From the NCBI GenBank assembly GCA_904063045.1, contig CAJFCJ010000003.1, positions 1,984,001 to 2,048,000 of the forward strand: a stretch of 64,000 nucleotides of DNA, written 5' to 3'. Shown here piece by piece: positions 49,875 through 63,222 of this stretch (position 1 is the stretch's first letter; the number at the start of each line of letters is the position of its first letter). Under the pieces are notes generated by a model, which had not been told where the DNA came from, searched no databases, and saw nothing but the letters and a program-made list of their open reading frames with translations. A program made the position numbers and the translations under genes. The DNA comes from Dimorphilus gyrociliatus. Taxonomy: Eukaryota > Animalia > Annelida.

Positions 49875-49923
49875 ACCATTTTTAAAATTAGGTAAAATAA
49901 AAAAAACTTTGTATAAAAAAAGT

Positions 49924-52900
49924 TCACTTGCAAATTCCGTTCAAGTATAACGTGGCACTTCCTTTTTCGCAGTAGCAAACCATTCGAGCTGTATATTCCC
50001 CCGCTACTGGTGGGGAGAAAGTGACAGGCAAACTTAAAAAATGCCCGTTTCTGATTGTAACATTCGAACATTTTAAAGAGAAAGGTTCGGAAGGTTTATC
50101 AAAAGTCATTTTTACGGATTTTTTACAACGATTCTTAATGGCCAGCTTTTTAGTTTCGGATTTACCAATACTTGTACAAAAATCAACCGAATTAGGACCG
50201 ATTGAAACACCTTGTATAACAGTTGTTGAATCCGTCGATTGAGAAGATGGTGGTACAGATCTAGCAGGGGCCGTAGCTGATAATAATTCAAACGATTCTC
50301 CTTTCAACGTCACTCTTGAAACACTAGTTTTCCATCTATTCTTGCATTTTACTTCCCATGTTTGAGTAAATAATCCAGAGTCCAGAGGTCGAAATTGAAC
50401 AGTTATCTGATTACAAAAACAATACTATTAAAAATAGTAGTTCCTTATATTTAGTACTTTTACCTTACAAGTAGAGTTACCCTGAGCGATACCTGCTACT
50501 TTTGAAAACTGAAAAACAACGTAAGTCACTCGAAAATAGTCTCGACTGTTAGATGCTTTTGAATAAGGGGGAGCGAAAGGACTCAAACTCCATTCTACAA
50601 TATCTGTTGTGGTATTCTGTAACTCAAATTCTAACTCCTCAAGCCTGCCAGATTTAGCACGACCAAAGTCAACCATTGGTTGAAAAACGAGTAGAGAAGA
50701 ATTTGAGGCTACATTGGTTGGTGCTGCCTTTCGAGAGTCATGGCGATGTTGTGTCGGAGTGGTCTGACTGCCTTCAACAATTTCGACGTCAAATTTCTAA
50801 AAAACATACAGATTAATGATGATAAATGAAAAAAGGAAAATCTTTGTAAAGCAAACCTTTGTCTCTTTATTGCAAACAACGAATACGGAGCCTGTCCACG
50901 GAAATGTTGTAATATCAGCATCTTCGACAACAGAAGCCCTTAATGCAACTGAGGATTTTGGTGAGATATGACCTTTTCCAGGATATATATTAATTGTATG
51001 AGCAGGCCAGTTTGCGTCGAATCGTAAAGTATGAGATGAAGAATTTATAAGTTTTACAGTACTACAGCCTAAATCAGATATTTTGTTTGAACTAATTGAT
51101 ATGGATTTGGGTTCTAGTTGCCAAGATGGTTCATCAGTTTCCCAATAAGCAGGTGGCAACTCCGTATCTTTGGATGAGTCACGTCTAATAGTTGCGCTTA
51201 GCATCCTTGCTTCTTCAAGAGCTGTAACATCATGAGAAGCCTGTAGTGGCTGAAATCGTTGTGTGTCGTTTAGATCAAAGGTTATCAAAAACTTTATCCT
51301 TTTCAAGTCTTGAATAAAAGTCTTAGAGTCAATACGAATTCTAGAAGGAAGCGACTTTTCGGCTGTACAAGAATCCTCATTTCTAAAGTTTCCTGTAAAA
51401 TTCGTATCCGCAAGAATATCATCTCCTTTTATATGAGATCCTGAGCCGTAAGTTTTTTTAAGCATCCTCCTTGCGAATTCCTCCCCATAAAAAACGCACA
51501 AAACTCCACATACAGACTGTTTATCAACAACGAACATCTCATCTACCTTCAATTTGATTTGAATTTCCTTTACTTGATTGGGTAACAGGCAAAATTCATA
51601 ATTTTCCAACTCAATGTGTTCAAACTTTTCTTGACAGTCAGTGTCTCTAAATGCCAATATTTTATTGAAAGAGCACATATTTCCTGCATTTTTTAAAGTC
51701 AGGTAGCATGTGCCTTTTCCATCGGGCCGTATAGTTTCAATTTGTATCATCCCGAAACCATTGTCTGGTCGAAATCTGGTTCCAGGAGCGACAAGTTCAG
51801 CGGAACCAGAGTAGGCATACAACGGTAAAAAACAATTCGTGTGCCAAGATTCCTTAACGGACAGGCCCCCTTCTATGAATATATTTTCCAATTTGCCTGA
51901 CTGATTAGAACAGGAAAGGCTGATTTCTTCTCCTTTATTAGGGGAAAGTACTAGTTCATCAGTACTCTCTACTTTAAATCCGGAACCGCTTTGATGTTTG
52001 ACACTCAATCGTATATCGACTTTCTTTTGACTAGTTGTTTTCAATATTAGTTCTCTCCTCTTAAGCTCTCCTTTCGTGATTCTACCAAACATAAGAGAAT
52101 TCTTATTGGCTTCAATAGTTGGAATTGGTTTAACAATTGCCATTGCATCTATTTCAAAATCTTTATCTCCAGGCTTTCTCCTTAGAACTATAGCACTTTT
52201 AATTTCTGAATTTTCTTCTTCATTTCCAATACAGCTAAATTTGACAGTAATTTCACATTCGTCTTTCGGATTTAGTCTGAAATCGTTAGGTTCAACACGG
52301 AAGCAATTATTCTCAGACATAGTATTAACCTCAATGGGTATAGTTCCAGAATTTTTTACCCTAAATTTCTGTCTAGAAATACTCTCTTTTTCTCTCTTTC
52401 CTTCAAAGACTATAAAACGCAAACTTCTTGTATTTGTATGCAATATAGGACTTCCGACTAATGCCTTTAAAGATATTCTTCCCAAATTTAATGAACTACC
52501 AGGTGTATCTAAATCCAGAGAGAGTATTGCATTCAATTGTAAAGGATTCTGATTTAGGGCGTCCACTAAGGAACATGTACAAAACACAAAGATATGGAGA
52601 ACATTTGCGTCAGGTCTTGAATTGTCAGCCTTTGGAATGACGTAGCTGTCAGTCGTCGGTCGATTCACGTTCGAAGGAGCAAAATAAAAATGTTTTGAAT
52701 TTTCTATAGTTAATTTAACAGGTAGATCACATTTAGAATAATTTCTTAAGGTTAAAAACTTATTTTCACACACATCCCAACACAAGTTTCCGAAATTTAA
52801 TTCAGCAGAAGGGGCAACTTCTATAACAGGTAGTTCAGCTTCAGCAGAAATATATACATAAGTAGCAAACCCTGAAGTGGTGTTTCTTTTTGCAGCTGGA

Positions 52901-55242
52901 ACAACTTCAATTCGAATCTCTCCGACATATAGACCAGCAATTTTTGGAACAAATAAAATTCTTACGTCACGGGTACACCCAGGCTCTATAGTGTCACTGC
53001 TCTTAAATAAAAATGGAACTTCCGAATCTGAAAGTGTTTTACTATCCAGGGTTATTTTGCTGGCAAACAAGGAAACTGACAACCATCGAGAAGTAGGATT
53101 TGTAATGGAAATTAAACTACTGATACTCATACCGACACAAACATTACTATCAAATATGAGTTCTTTAGGAATAACATCTATAAAAACTGGTCCACTTGTG
53201 TTCGGAGGGGTACTTAAAACAGCAGGCGTGCTTTGCCACTGAGGAGCGAATGGTGTATCTGGACTTGGAGTATAATACGAATCTTCAGGCGGGAGAAGTC
53301 CAATACTTAACTTCGTGTCTGGAGCCAATGCTCCCACAGTAAGTTTACTACTTTCAGTTTCATCGTGATATCTTCTATACGAATCATTTGCATTAATAAA
53401 TCCTGATGGCGTCGGTGGAACTTTCATTGTATTAGGAGTGCTAGTCATCTGTTTCTCTCCACTGTTCCTCCTCATGTGCAAACTATGTTCTATTAAATCC
53501 TGCTCTTGTCTCTTGTCTCGTTCTTTCATGCTACCCCTCAAACCTATAGCACTAGGACGAGGCGAAGCCCAATGGCGATCTTCCTCTTTTTCTAAAGCCA
53601 GTTCTATCTCTTTCTTTATGGCTTCTACTGTTGAGTGAGGTATCTTTTTTTTCTCACTCCTCTCTACCGATGCTTTTTTGGATTTTATCAATATTTCGAT
53701 AAGCTTTTGAATATCATCTTCTTGATCAATAACTTCATCTGTTAAATTTTGTGAGGTAACAGGATTTTCCAGCGATAAATGAGGCTCATTCGTCTGATTT
53801 GACCACACAGATGTAGTTGATGTAATTTTACTATCTCCTGAATCTTTTCTGGTGCAATCGTCAGACGGCTTCGATTCAAGACTTTCAGTACTTAATCGGC
53901 AAACTTTCTCGGAATTGCAAGAGAGGCGATGTTCACTCCATTTAGAATCGTTGAATACATCACTATTATTCATATGGTTATCTAAAGGGGTAGGTGTCAA
54001 TGGTCTCTTGAATGGATCAACTTCATCCTCATAATCTAATGCTTTAATACAATTCTCTTTGTCATCACCCTCATTGCTTTCTTTATAAGATGTAGGTTGG
54101 TCAATGAGCGGGGTGGCTTGTCGATGGACAGGTGGAGAAACTATTTCCTTTCCCCAGCTGGGTCGTCTTATTAGATCATTAGCAGTAAGCGAGCCTAGAG
54201 GTTCCGACTTGCTAAACACAGCAGCTTGAAAAGCCTTTTGACCATCAATTTTATCAGATGATGTATACCATTCTTCCCACGAGGCAGCAGTATGCGTTGA
54301 TCCACCCAAAAATTTCGAAACTTCACAGCTATCGTCCTGCTCCTCCGATTCAAGAAATTGTCTCTGTATAATTTATAACTAAAAAAAATGATTTGGTAAA
54401 AACAACACATTACTTCTAGAACTGGATGATCCTGTTTTACTTGTTCTTCGTCAGCATCGAATATCGCTTCGTAATTTTCGCCTGTTAATAATCAAAGAGT
54501 GAACGAACTAAAATACTATTTAACTAATAAATTACCTGAGCAGAATTTTTCGTCACTTTGCTGAGACATATTTTCACCATTCTCATCAAAAAACCCTCGA
54601 TCGTCTGCAAAAAGAAATATTAACACGACTTTTAAAATTATTGAAAAACCTTTACCATATTCCTCACTACCGTCTGATCGCAAATCAATCAGATCCGGTT
54701 GAACAGGTTTTAACGAAACGTTTGTTTTCTCAAACATCATTGAATCCAAACCTCCCTCAAACATAGATGATTGATCTGCTTTGTGATATGTTGGTTGTAA
54801 ATACATAGCAGCCATTCCAGTCTTACTCTGTTTATTATAATTATTATATTGTTATACTTTTATTTTTGTATGTCATCACAGCAAAACAAACTATTAAGTA
54901 CCTCATCAATTGTTTCATCTTTTGATTGCTTTTCAAATATGCTCTTGAGATCCATATCATTTTCGCTATTTTCTTCCATAATTAACTTCCAATCAATTTT
55001 AGGGAGCTTGATTTTTCCTTCAATGAGCGAGGGCTCATTTGAGGCGGTTGCATCTGTATTGTCTTTTAAAAAAGTCATTCAGATGAACTGAAACTATGTA
55101 ACGTGATATATTTCTTACCAAGCGTCGAGAAAGATGAAGTGTCCGCATTTCCTATAAAATCATCTCTGAAATGATGCACACTGACTTTTGAAGATTTCTT
55201 TTTCGTTCAAATGTTGTCTACCTACCCTGAAGCTTCAGCCAT
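49924..55242 (-). CDS. CEP192: Centrosomal protein CEP192/SPD-2 (C-terminal ASH/PapD-like domains), multi-exon with one exon of about 3.5 kb
   Basis: Start MAEASGDDFIGNADTSSF, a long disordered N-terminus, then tandem ASPM/SPD-2/Hydin-like Ig domains (ISITNPTSRWLSV, LTLRNYSKCDLPV, FRVKNSGTIP, VDFGRAK, FELQN); stop at 49924. Confidence 0.82.
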
Positions 55243-55835
55243 AGTTATATCTGACCGCTACTTGTCAAGTGTTATCAACAAATATTCAACTCGGATAATA
55301 TTGTTACTTGATTAAACTCGTTGTTAGGCTATTATCTGCAAATAAATTTGCATATCACTCAAGCGGCAATATAAACAAAACGAATAACTTATGATTTGAA
55401 TAAAAACTGAAATAATTGAGGTGAACATTTACCTGAAGAACTTTACTAAAATTTTGGTTGCATAGTTAATATTTTTTCCGCTTAGATTTTAAAAAAGTCG
55501 TTTTAAAACGTAAAATTTGATATATCCTCTTCAAAATTTCCTCAATAGCCAGTTCCGAGCTAAATAAATTATTAACTCTGATTGGTCTAAAATGGTCAAA
55601 CCATGTCAAGGCGCCATCTTCCGATTTGAAAAAACGCGCGAAATAGACCAACCAGTTTCATGCGAAGTATTCCTACGACCATGTGGTTACAAAATATCAA
55701 GTACGACTGAGAATAATTTTATTTATATTGACTTCAGTGTATTTAAATTAATATGAGCCCTTTATTAAACTTCAATTTTTTCACTTGCATAACGTAGTGG
55801 AGTTTTAATGTTATTAACTTTTTCATACATTAGGT

Positions 55836-56412
55836 TTAACCAATTAGTCGGAGTGAACAACTCAATATCTTCCATGTGTTATTGTCAACTGCTAGCATAA
55901 ATTGCGAACTAAAAAGCTGCCTATGTCCATAGTCAAATATCACCACACCACCAACTGACACTAGTGTCATTGAGCTCTGAATTGCGTCTGAAAAATTGAT
56001 ATTTAATTTGGACTTTTTGTACGCTAAATACAAACCAAAGTTAAGAGAAGTTACTGGTTGCACGTCAACAACGTCTACCATATGTTGCGACTCCGGTAAG
56101 TTTTGAATAAAGCTTGCAACATGTCCTCCTTTGATCGCTGCACCACACCATAGAAGTTCAGAGGTCGGTAGAAAGAATCTACCTATAATCTATTCAAAGT
56201 TGTAATGATTATTCTGGAGAAAAAGATTCTAAAAAGAAGTTTTTACATGTCTCTGACGGTCAAAACTCTTGTAAAAGAGCTGAACAAACTCGAGTCCGGT
56301 TTCATTCGCTGTTAAAAAGTCTAATGGGTTCTGTATACGGTAAATTATTTTACAATTTTTGACATCCTAAGATTAATTAGAACTCTACCCTTTCAATTTT
56401 CAGCATTCTCAT
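55836..56412 (-). CDS. NXT1/p15-like NTF2-fold export factor, paralogue A (4 exons)
   Basis: Assembled exons: ...ANETGLEFVQLFYKSFDRQRH / IIGRFFLPTSELLWCGAAIKG...LPESQHMVDVVDVQPV / ...TLVSVGGVVIFDYGHRQLFSSQFML...WKILSCSLRLIG*, colinear with NXT1. Confidence 0.8.
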
Positions 56413-56859
56413 AAAGTTACTATATCGAAAAAAATGCTACATTAAAATAATTCCTGAATACTATATACCAGTTAATTTTACTGACCCAAAAGACAGTAGC
56501 GCTTACTGCGGGATTTGCTAGCACTTAATTATTGCTTTCCAAACTATTTTTATGCTTTTAGCGATACCATTAAAAAGTTTAAATCAATTCATAACTTTGG
56601 TAAAAAATTTTTGAATTTCATATTTAAATGTTGAAGAATTTTGGCGAAGAAATTGACTTAATTAAAATTATTAATTGTTAAACTATAACATGACATATAG
56701 ATGTCACTTTGTTGAATAAACTTTTTATTAATTCACACCAATATATAGAATATATTTCAAAAGGATTTTTATTCAATTTATTATGAAAATTATGAGAGAA
56801 AAATTACAGTTGACACTTTAATACTTTTCACTTTTATTTCTTAACAGAATTTTCTGAAC

Positions 56860-59376
56860 TCACGTATTTAGCCAATCATCTAAATTTCCTTCTGCCATTA
56901 GGTCGTCTAATTTATCATCTAGAAATAGGAGAACTGCTGAATACTTGATTTCAAAATGTGATACTTTTAAATACATACCTGAAAATAACTCAGCTTTTAT
57001 CTCCGGAATTTTCTTTGGTGATTGGGCTATAGGCTTTTTAAAACTGAATGATTTTTCCATGCACTTATCTGATAAAACAAAACATTGAATAAAACATTGT
57101 AATTTTTTTTTTAAAAAGAATGAGTAATTTACTATTAGCACTGGTGTCTTCTCTTTTCTTTTTCTTAAATGGACTCAGATGAGCGTCAATCTTTTCTGAA
57201 TGATCAACAAAAACATCTTTAGTAAGCATTGTATGAAATATTGTACGAGTTACTACTTAAGAATGATTCGCTCATAGTTGCATCAGTCGCACTTTTTCTA
57301 TCACGCTTGCGACTATTATCATTTTTTTCAGAGATACGCACATCTCGAAGCAGAGATGTAGTTGTTTCTTTTGTACTCTTGGCTTTATTGAAATTTTTAA
57401 AATTAAATTTATTAGTTTTCCCATCGGGTACTGCTTCTATATTGTGAAAATAAGAGCATTTTTAAAGATGAATCTCCAATAGTTAATTTATAAACCTATT
57501 ATGGAATCATTTGAGGCTTCCTTCTTTATTTGAGTTTGTGATATGACCTGGAACTGTGATGCAGAAAATTTTTTCGTCTTAACTTTCCGGTTTTGAGTTG
57601 AAGAAGGTTCCTTCTCTATTATAAAAGTTCATTTTAGAATGATTATATATAAAGGAAGATAGTTCAACCTTTAGAGAATGAATTCATGTCCAGATCTTGC
57701 ACGATCGTTTCAAAGTCATCATCTGAAATTGCGCATTTAGATGGATAATCAACGTTTATAATGTATTACCATCAAATACTTTGGAGACATCTGCTTGACT
57801 CTTTACTTTTGGTGGCGAAGATTTTGACCTAAAATTAAACTTTGACGGGATATTTTTTGAATTTGTAACATTCGGAAGATCGTTGTTTGTTGGTTTTGTT
57901 ATTTCGTTTTGTAATTTTGATGAAGACATAGAATCTACAAGGTATTTAATTTTAGCATATAGTTAACCAAAAAACGTTATTTTACCTGTTGCCATTGAAG
58001 CAGCTATAAAATCTTCATCGGTTAGCATCTTAAATTCATCGAAATTATCATCTATAAGTAGAGAATTAAGCATTAAAAGATTCTCTCACACTAAGACATA
58101 AATACCATCAAAAAAATCAGCTTGAACTTGTTGAGAGGCAACCGCTGAAGGAATTTCTTTTGAAGAAATTTCCTGATCAGCAGTCTTCTCATTTGATTCA
58201 GCCCTAATTATATCTTGAACATCAATAGTTTGCAGCTCCTTTACATCAATTTCCCGTTCATTATTTAATGCGTAAATCCTTACAAAATTCCAAGAGTTTA
58301 AAATCACATGTGTTCGTAGAACAGTTACCTATCAAAGAACCTCGAATAATAATAATTAAAAAGTATTATACTTTATACATCTTTAAGCAAAAGCACGCCA
58401 CCATGTTGAAAATAATGTGAATAAGCTTCGATAACGTCTCTGTGGCAGAAAGCTGTAATTTCGGCGGCTGCAATAAAGATTTAGTATTAAGATATTTCAA
58501 CATTTCGCTACCGTTATCTAACTCTTACAGCTATCGTCCTTCAATATAATTCGCCCATCTTTCCCACAAATATACTCTTCAGCAACAACATATCCAACTA
58601 ACCATGACAGTTTCGTCCGTTTCATATTAATTTGATCAAAGATGGAGGATATATTATTTTTTCTCATAAATGAAAGTATTTCAGGCTCCAATTTATTCTT
58701 AATTTTTGACCAGAAATTATTGTCCGCGGTAGCTTGTGTATTTGGCAATTGAGTTGAAACCCTCGTTTCAGGCTATGGAAATAACAATAATAATAAATTG
58801 TTAAATAATATTAAATAGGTACCATTCGAAAATTTTTCCATTTTTGTAGTTCTGGTACTGAGTGCTGAATCTAAATAAATTGAAGATCTTAATAAGTCTC
58901 TTATAAAATGACTTTATATACCGATTTAGTAATGACACCTGCAGGGCCGGGGAAGTTACTTTTCCATCTAGAATTTTCTGTTTCTGTTTTCAAAACAGTA
59001 ACTTCCTCTTTACAATAATCTTTTTTTTGTACAATGCTTCTCTCGGGCGTCTTTTTTGTATTATTAACACTTCTTGGTACAAGAAAGCCACTATCTTGAG
59101 TCAAAGTAGCCGGAATTTCAAAAATATTTTGTGAATTTATGGAAGAAGTTGAACGATTCTTATCTAAAAAACTTAGTTTCTGAGAATTATTGGTTGGTTG
59201 TGACTCTTTAATAATTGTTCTATCTTCTTTAGAATTTATTTGTTGATCGTCAGTGTCAATACTCCCTATAAGCTCCTGAAATAATTTTAATTTACTATAT
59301 TATGAGCAATATAAATTTTAATTACTTCAATGTCACTATCTTCGTCAGAGAAACCGCTTCCAAATGATCTCTCCAT
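56860..59376 (-). CDS. HROB: HROB/MCM8IP (C17orf53)-like OB-fold protein with a long C-terminal extension, many exons
   Basis: Conserved NFPGPAG motif at about 58945; OB-fold segment EITAFCHRDVIEAYSHYFQHGGVLLLKD-VTVLRTHVILNSWNFVRIY; phase-compatible exons continue to the stop at 56860. Confidence 0.72.
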
Positions 59377-59983
59377 TTTTGCTATAACCTTCCTTAAAAA
59401 TTTAAAATTCCGAAAAAACTCAAATTTAATTAACGAAATATTAAAACTTTTGATCTTTTAAATCATGATTATTAGACTTTTTAATCCGAAATCTTTCGAA
59501 AGAAAGTTTAGTCTTGAACTCAAAATTACAAAATTTTGTCCAACCGGAAGCTTTTCAAAGGAAACTCTTTGTAGACAACCTTAGACAAGATGTAAGCAAA
59601 TTTTCAAAAAATCAAAATGGCTACTAAAAAAGATTTAGCTGCTTATAAAAGTTTTGTGGAACTTTTAAAGGAAAGTACGTATATTATATTTAAGTAGCAA
59701 ATGTGTCGGAGTATCATTATTTCCGTCATACTATTTATTAAAATGTGTGCTTATATTATTATCCATGAGAAAATACAAGCTTTTGTAGTCATAGCATATT
59801 AATCATTCTGGATCTTATTTCTACAGACATGTTCTACGCATATACGGTTAAAAAAATAACGCATCAATGGTTAATTTATAAAACGTCATGAATTGAATAT
59901 GTAAAGGATTCTTTAATTGAACATAATATTATTTTATAGATAAAAAAATTGAATAACTATTAACATAATCACTTTTAACAAAA

Positions 59984-61440
59984 TTACATAGAATTAGATG
60001 ACCTCGTTATCTGTTCCCTCAAAATCAAAATACTTTGTCTTTGTTCTGGTGGGAGCATGCTAATTTGTTCATCCGATAATTGTAAAACTTGCATTATTAA
60101 GGCTGTTTTTTCGTCTTCGGCTTGAGAAGGCGGTGTAGATTCGTTTCTTGTTGTTACCGCTGCCCTGGCTCTAGGATCAGCTGATGCCATTTGCCGTCTA
60201 GGATCTGAGAGTTAAATATTTCAATAGATTCACAGGCAAAGTAAAAAGGCAATAAGAAACCTCTACCTCTTGTCTCCGAGACATCTGCCGGACGTCTTGG
60301 CTCCTCAGGAGCCGATATTCTTCCAACAACTAAATCGCCTCCAGCAGCCTGAGCAAAAAAAGACAACTATTTAATTAGATATAGATAAGACTATCAGATA
60401 GCTTTACCCTTGTAGTATCGGGCATTGGTGAATTGGTATTTGACGGTCTCTGAGGAATAAACGGCATATCACTTGCAGAAATAACACTTGACGGAACACT
60501 TTCAGGTTGTCTATGTAGCATACCTTTAGCAACCTAGTCAAAGTTTAATAATTTAAAATTTTATTGATCTTTTGATTTTTTTTTCACTTTGTTTGAGTTT
60601 TACCTGAGGGTCGATAACTTTCATAACAATCTGAACTTGTAGCAAAGCATATGCTAATTGTGGATTTTGAAGTAAGGCATTTCTAGCCTCATTTGGATCA
60701 TTTTGTATACATAATTTCATTTGTTTCATCAATTCTTGCATTTGCTCTGGTGGTAGAGATGCAACAATCTTAGAAATAGCTTCTGGTGCTTCGTTTGGCT
60801 CAACGGTCGGTCCATAGGGTGATTCAAACTGGGGACCTGGTACGGGTTGTTGACGAATTTCATCCTTGAAAGGTACATCTCCTTGAGCAACACCAACTCT
60901 TAGAGCTCTGCCATGATAATCGTGGTTATTGAGATTTCTCATTGCCGATTGGGCAGTTTCGGCATCTTGATACTCGCAGAATCCATAACCTTTCGGCTTA
61001 CCAGAATCTCGATCATAAACCAACCTGTAAAAATGGAGTACATTAATTTAGAAAAGTGACCAGATTTTAAAAATTAAATGTAAATTATATAATAATTTTA
61101 CGCAAAGGCTTTTTTGTATCTAAAAGGAAGATGTATCTGACCTGAAGTTTAGAACAGTTCCAACTTGAGCAAATATATCTCTAAGACTATCTTCTGTTGC
61201 TTCATAAGGTATGTTTCCCACTAATTTGAAAAAAAACGAAAAATATGAACTCCTTGAAATTATCGGTTAAAACTTGCCGACAAAACGAAAAAACACTTAA
61301 AGAGAATTTATTTTTCACTGTTTGCATTTTTGACAAAAGAAACATAAATTTTATAAAATTTTACTACCGAAAACCGATCTTGCAGCCCTTTCTGCTAAGA
61401 AAGTGGGATTATTTGTTCCAAAAAAGTCTCGCATCGCCAT
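59984..61440 (-). CDS. CSTF2: Cleavage stimulation factor 64 kDa subunit, multi-exon
   Basis: RSVF-VGNIPYEATE, LVYDRDSGKPKGYGFCEYQD (RRM); hinge PEAISKIVASLPPEQM...NPQLAYALLQ; C-terminal LIMQVLQLSDEQISMLPPEQRQSILILREQI. Confidence 0.96.
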
Positions 61441-61443
61441 CTT
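61435..61443 (-). promoter_or_regulatory. YY1 motif AAGATGGCG overlapping the CSTF2 start codon
   Basis: Exact AAGATGGCG; the same motif occurs at 48749-48757 (SELENOL promoter) and 55612-55620 (upstream of CEP192). Confidence 0.5.
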
Positions 61444-61622
61444 GAAGGGTTTTCGTAAACAATGTAAAAAAAAAATAAAAAAACTATGTTTCTTTGCTTC
61501 CTGCTAAATATTAAAGTTGCTAAACGTATTTTTTCATGCAAAAATATATAACCGTAAAACGGAAGTGATATATTTAAACTCGTTTCCGTAGCAGACTTCA
61601 TCCAAACTGCTATATCTTTAAA

Positions 61623-63045
61623 ATGTCCAATTCGCCGGATAAAAATATAGATGACATATTTCAAAGAGATTTTGAAAAGGCTGTTTTAAGATATGGAAAT
61701 CGTTTTATTGAGATTAGGTAAGTTTTCTTTCGCCTCTAATTTACAGAACTTGTTGAAAGCACGTGGTGCCAAATAACTCGAGAGTGATAATTTCCGAAAG
61801 TTTTTCGAGTTTTGAAAAACTCGTTTTCCATATCATTGTGTATATTAGAATTATATACACTGATAGATACTAATATTCTGTGTATGTTTTTAATCGTCAT
61901 GCAACATCATTTTTAGGGATGACAACGAACGTTTGCGACAAAAGAAGAAATGCTTGAAGTCAGAAGTAAAATCACTAAAATCCCAAATCATTTCACTACA
62001 GGAAAAACTAGAAAACAATGATTATATAATGGAAAATGAAATTCTTAAGGAGAAAAACTCCATGTTGAAGTCTGAGCTAAAAGCTTTGAAGAAGAAGTAT
62101 GCTAGTCTGGAAGAACAGAGTTCAGATAATCAAGACAATGAAGCAGCCATGAAGGAACTATACGAAAAAGTTCGAATCTTTTCCAATTATAATAATATTT
62201 AGAAATTGTTTAAATTCAAATGTTACATACGATGGATGCAATATAAAAAAACTTACTAATACTCAAAGTACTTTTTACAGGCAAAGGAAAGAAAAGAACT
62301 ATTACGCAATGAAGAGAAAAAGTGTAAACTTCTAGAGGAATTTCATGCAAAACTAGAGAAACAAATCGAAGAGCTACAAGATGAAAATCATAGGTTATGG
62401 ATATATGTTAATGATCATAAAGAGCCAAAAGAAAACTTGAAAAAACTATCTAATGGAAAGAAAGCATCATCAGTAAAAAAGGATAATGACACTCACAACT
62501 TTTGCAACTTTTGTCAGGTGCTTTGTGAGAGTGATGAAAAGTTTCAGCATCACGTACAGCAGCACTTAGATAAATTAAAACCAATAATAAGTTCAAATTT
62601 TGCTTTTTATGCGAAAGGGGATAATAATGAAACATTAATCATGTGTGAAGTTTGCCAACATTCCTCGACGACATCTGCAGGAATTTTGAAGCACATACGA
62701 AACTCTCACTTGAATAATGTCCAAATTCCTAATGTATGCCCTATCTGCTTGCTGGAATTTCAGAGTTCCAGACCATCATCTAATGCCCAATCGCTCATTA
62801 GGCATATCAAAACGTATCATGGTAGAATGGAAAAATGTGATCATTGCAAAGACACGTTCATTAATGAATTTTTGAGAGATCGACATATTTTTGATAAACA
62901 TAGAAATGAAATTTCAAACAAGCGCAAGGCAGATTCATCTATGGTTGATAACGATGCTAAGAGGTCAAGAATAGAAAGTCCTCATCAGTCTTTTGCTGAA
63001 TCGACAACTGTTGAAGATGTTGTTTTCTTTGAAGAGAGTCAATAG
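61623..63045 (+). CDS. Coiled-coil plus C2H2 zinc-finger protein (about 4 fingers), 3 exons
   Basis: Exons 61623-about 61717, about 61918-62169 and 62281-63045 are in frame; heptad-rich N-terminal half; fingers CNFC..H.QQH, CEVC..HIRNSH, CPIC..HIKTYH and CDHC..HIFDKH. Confidence 0.8.
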
Positions 63046-63222
63046 TATTTCAGAGCTATAGATATTCTATTATGTCGAAAAAATGTTTCTTTATTGTAAA
63101 ATATATACTGTAATCTTTTTTAAGTCATGTGTTACTAAAATCTTTATGATCAAATTATATACACTGTACACAAACATGCTTCTGTTCGACACTTTTCAAA
63201 ACGATTGACAAGAAGACAACAA

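Noticed and set aside
52076-53242. Long plus-strand ORFs opposite CEP192 (and similar ones at 15765-16133, 18786-19091 and 34864-35184)
   Set aside because: They are antisense shadows of real coding exons with no independent motifs.
55063-55118. Apparent premature stop near the CEP192 5' end if the first AG (31-nt intron) is used
   Set aside because: A later acceptor gives a normal 56-nt intron and restores the frame (STL-DNTDAT).
55592-55756. About 54-codon plus-strand ORF between CEP192 and NXT paralogue A
   Set aside because: It overlaps a YY1 motif and likely promoter or 3' UTR sequence, with no homology or splice support.
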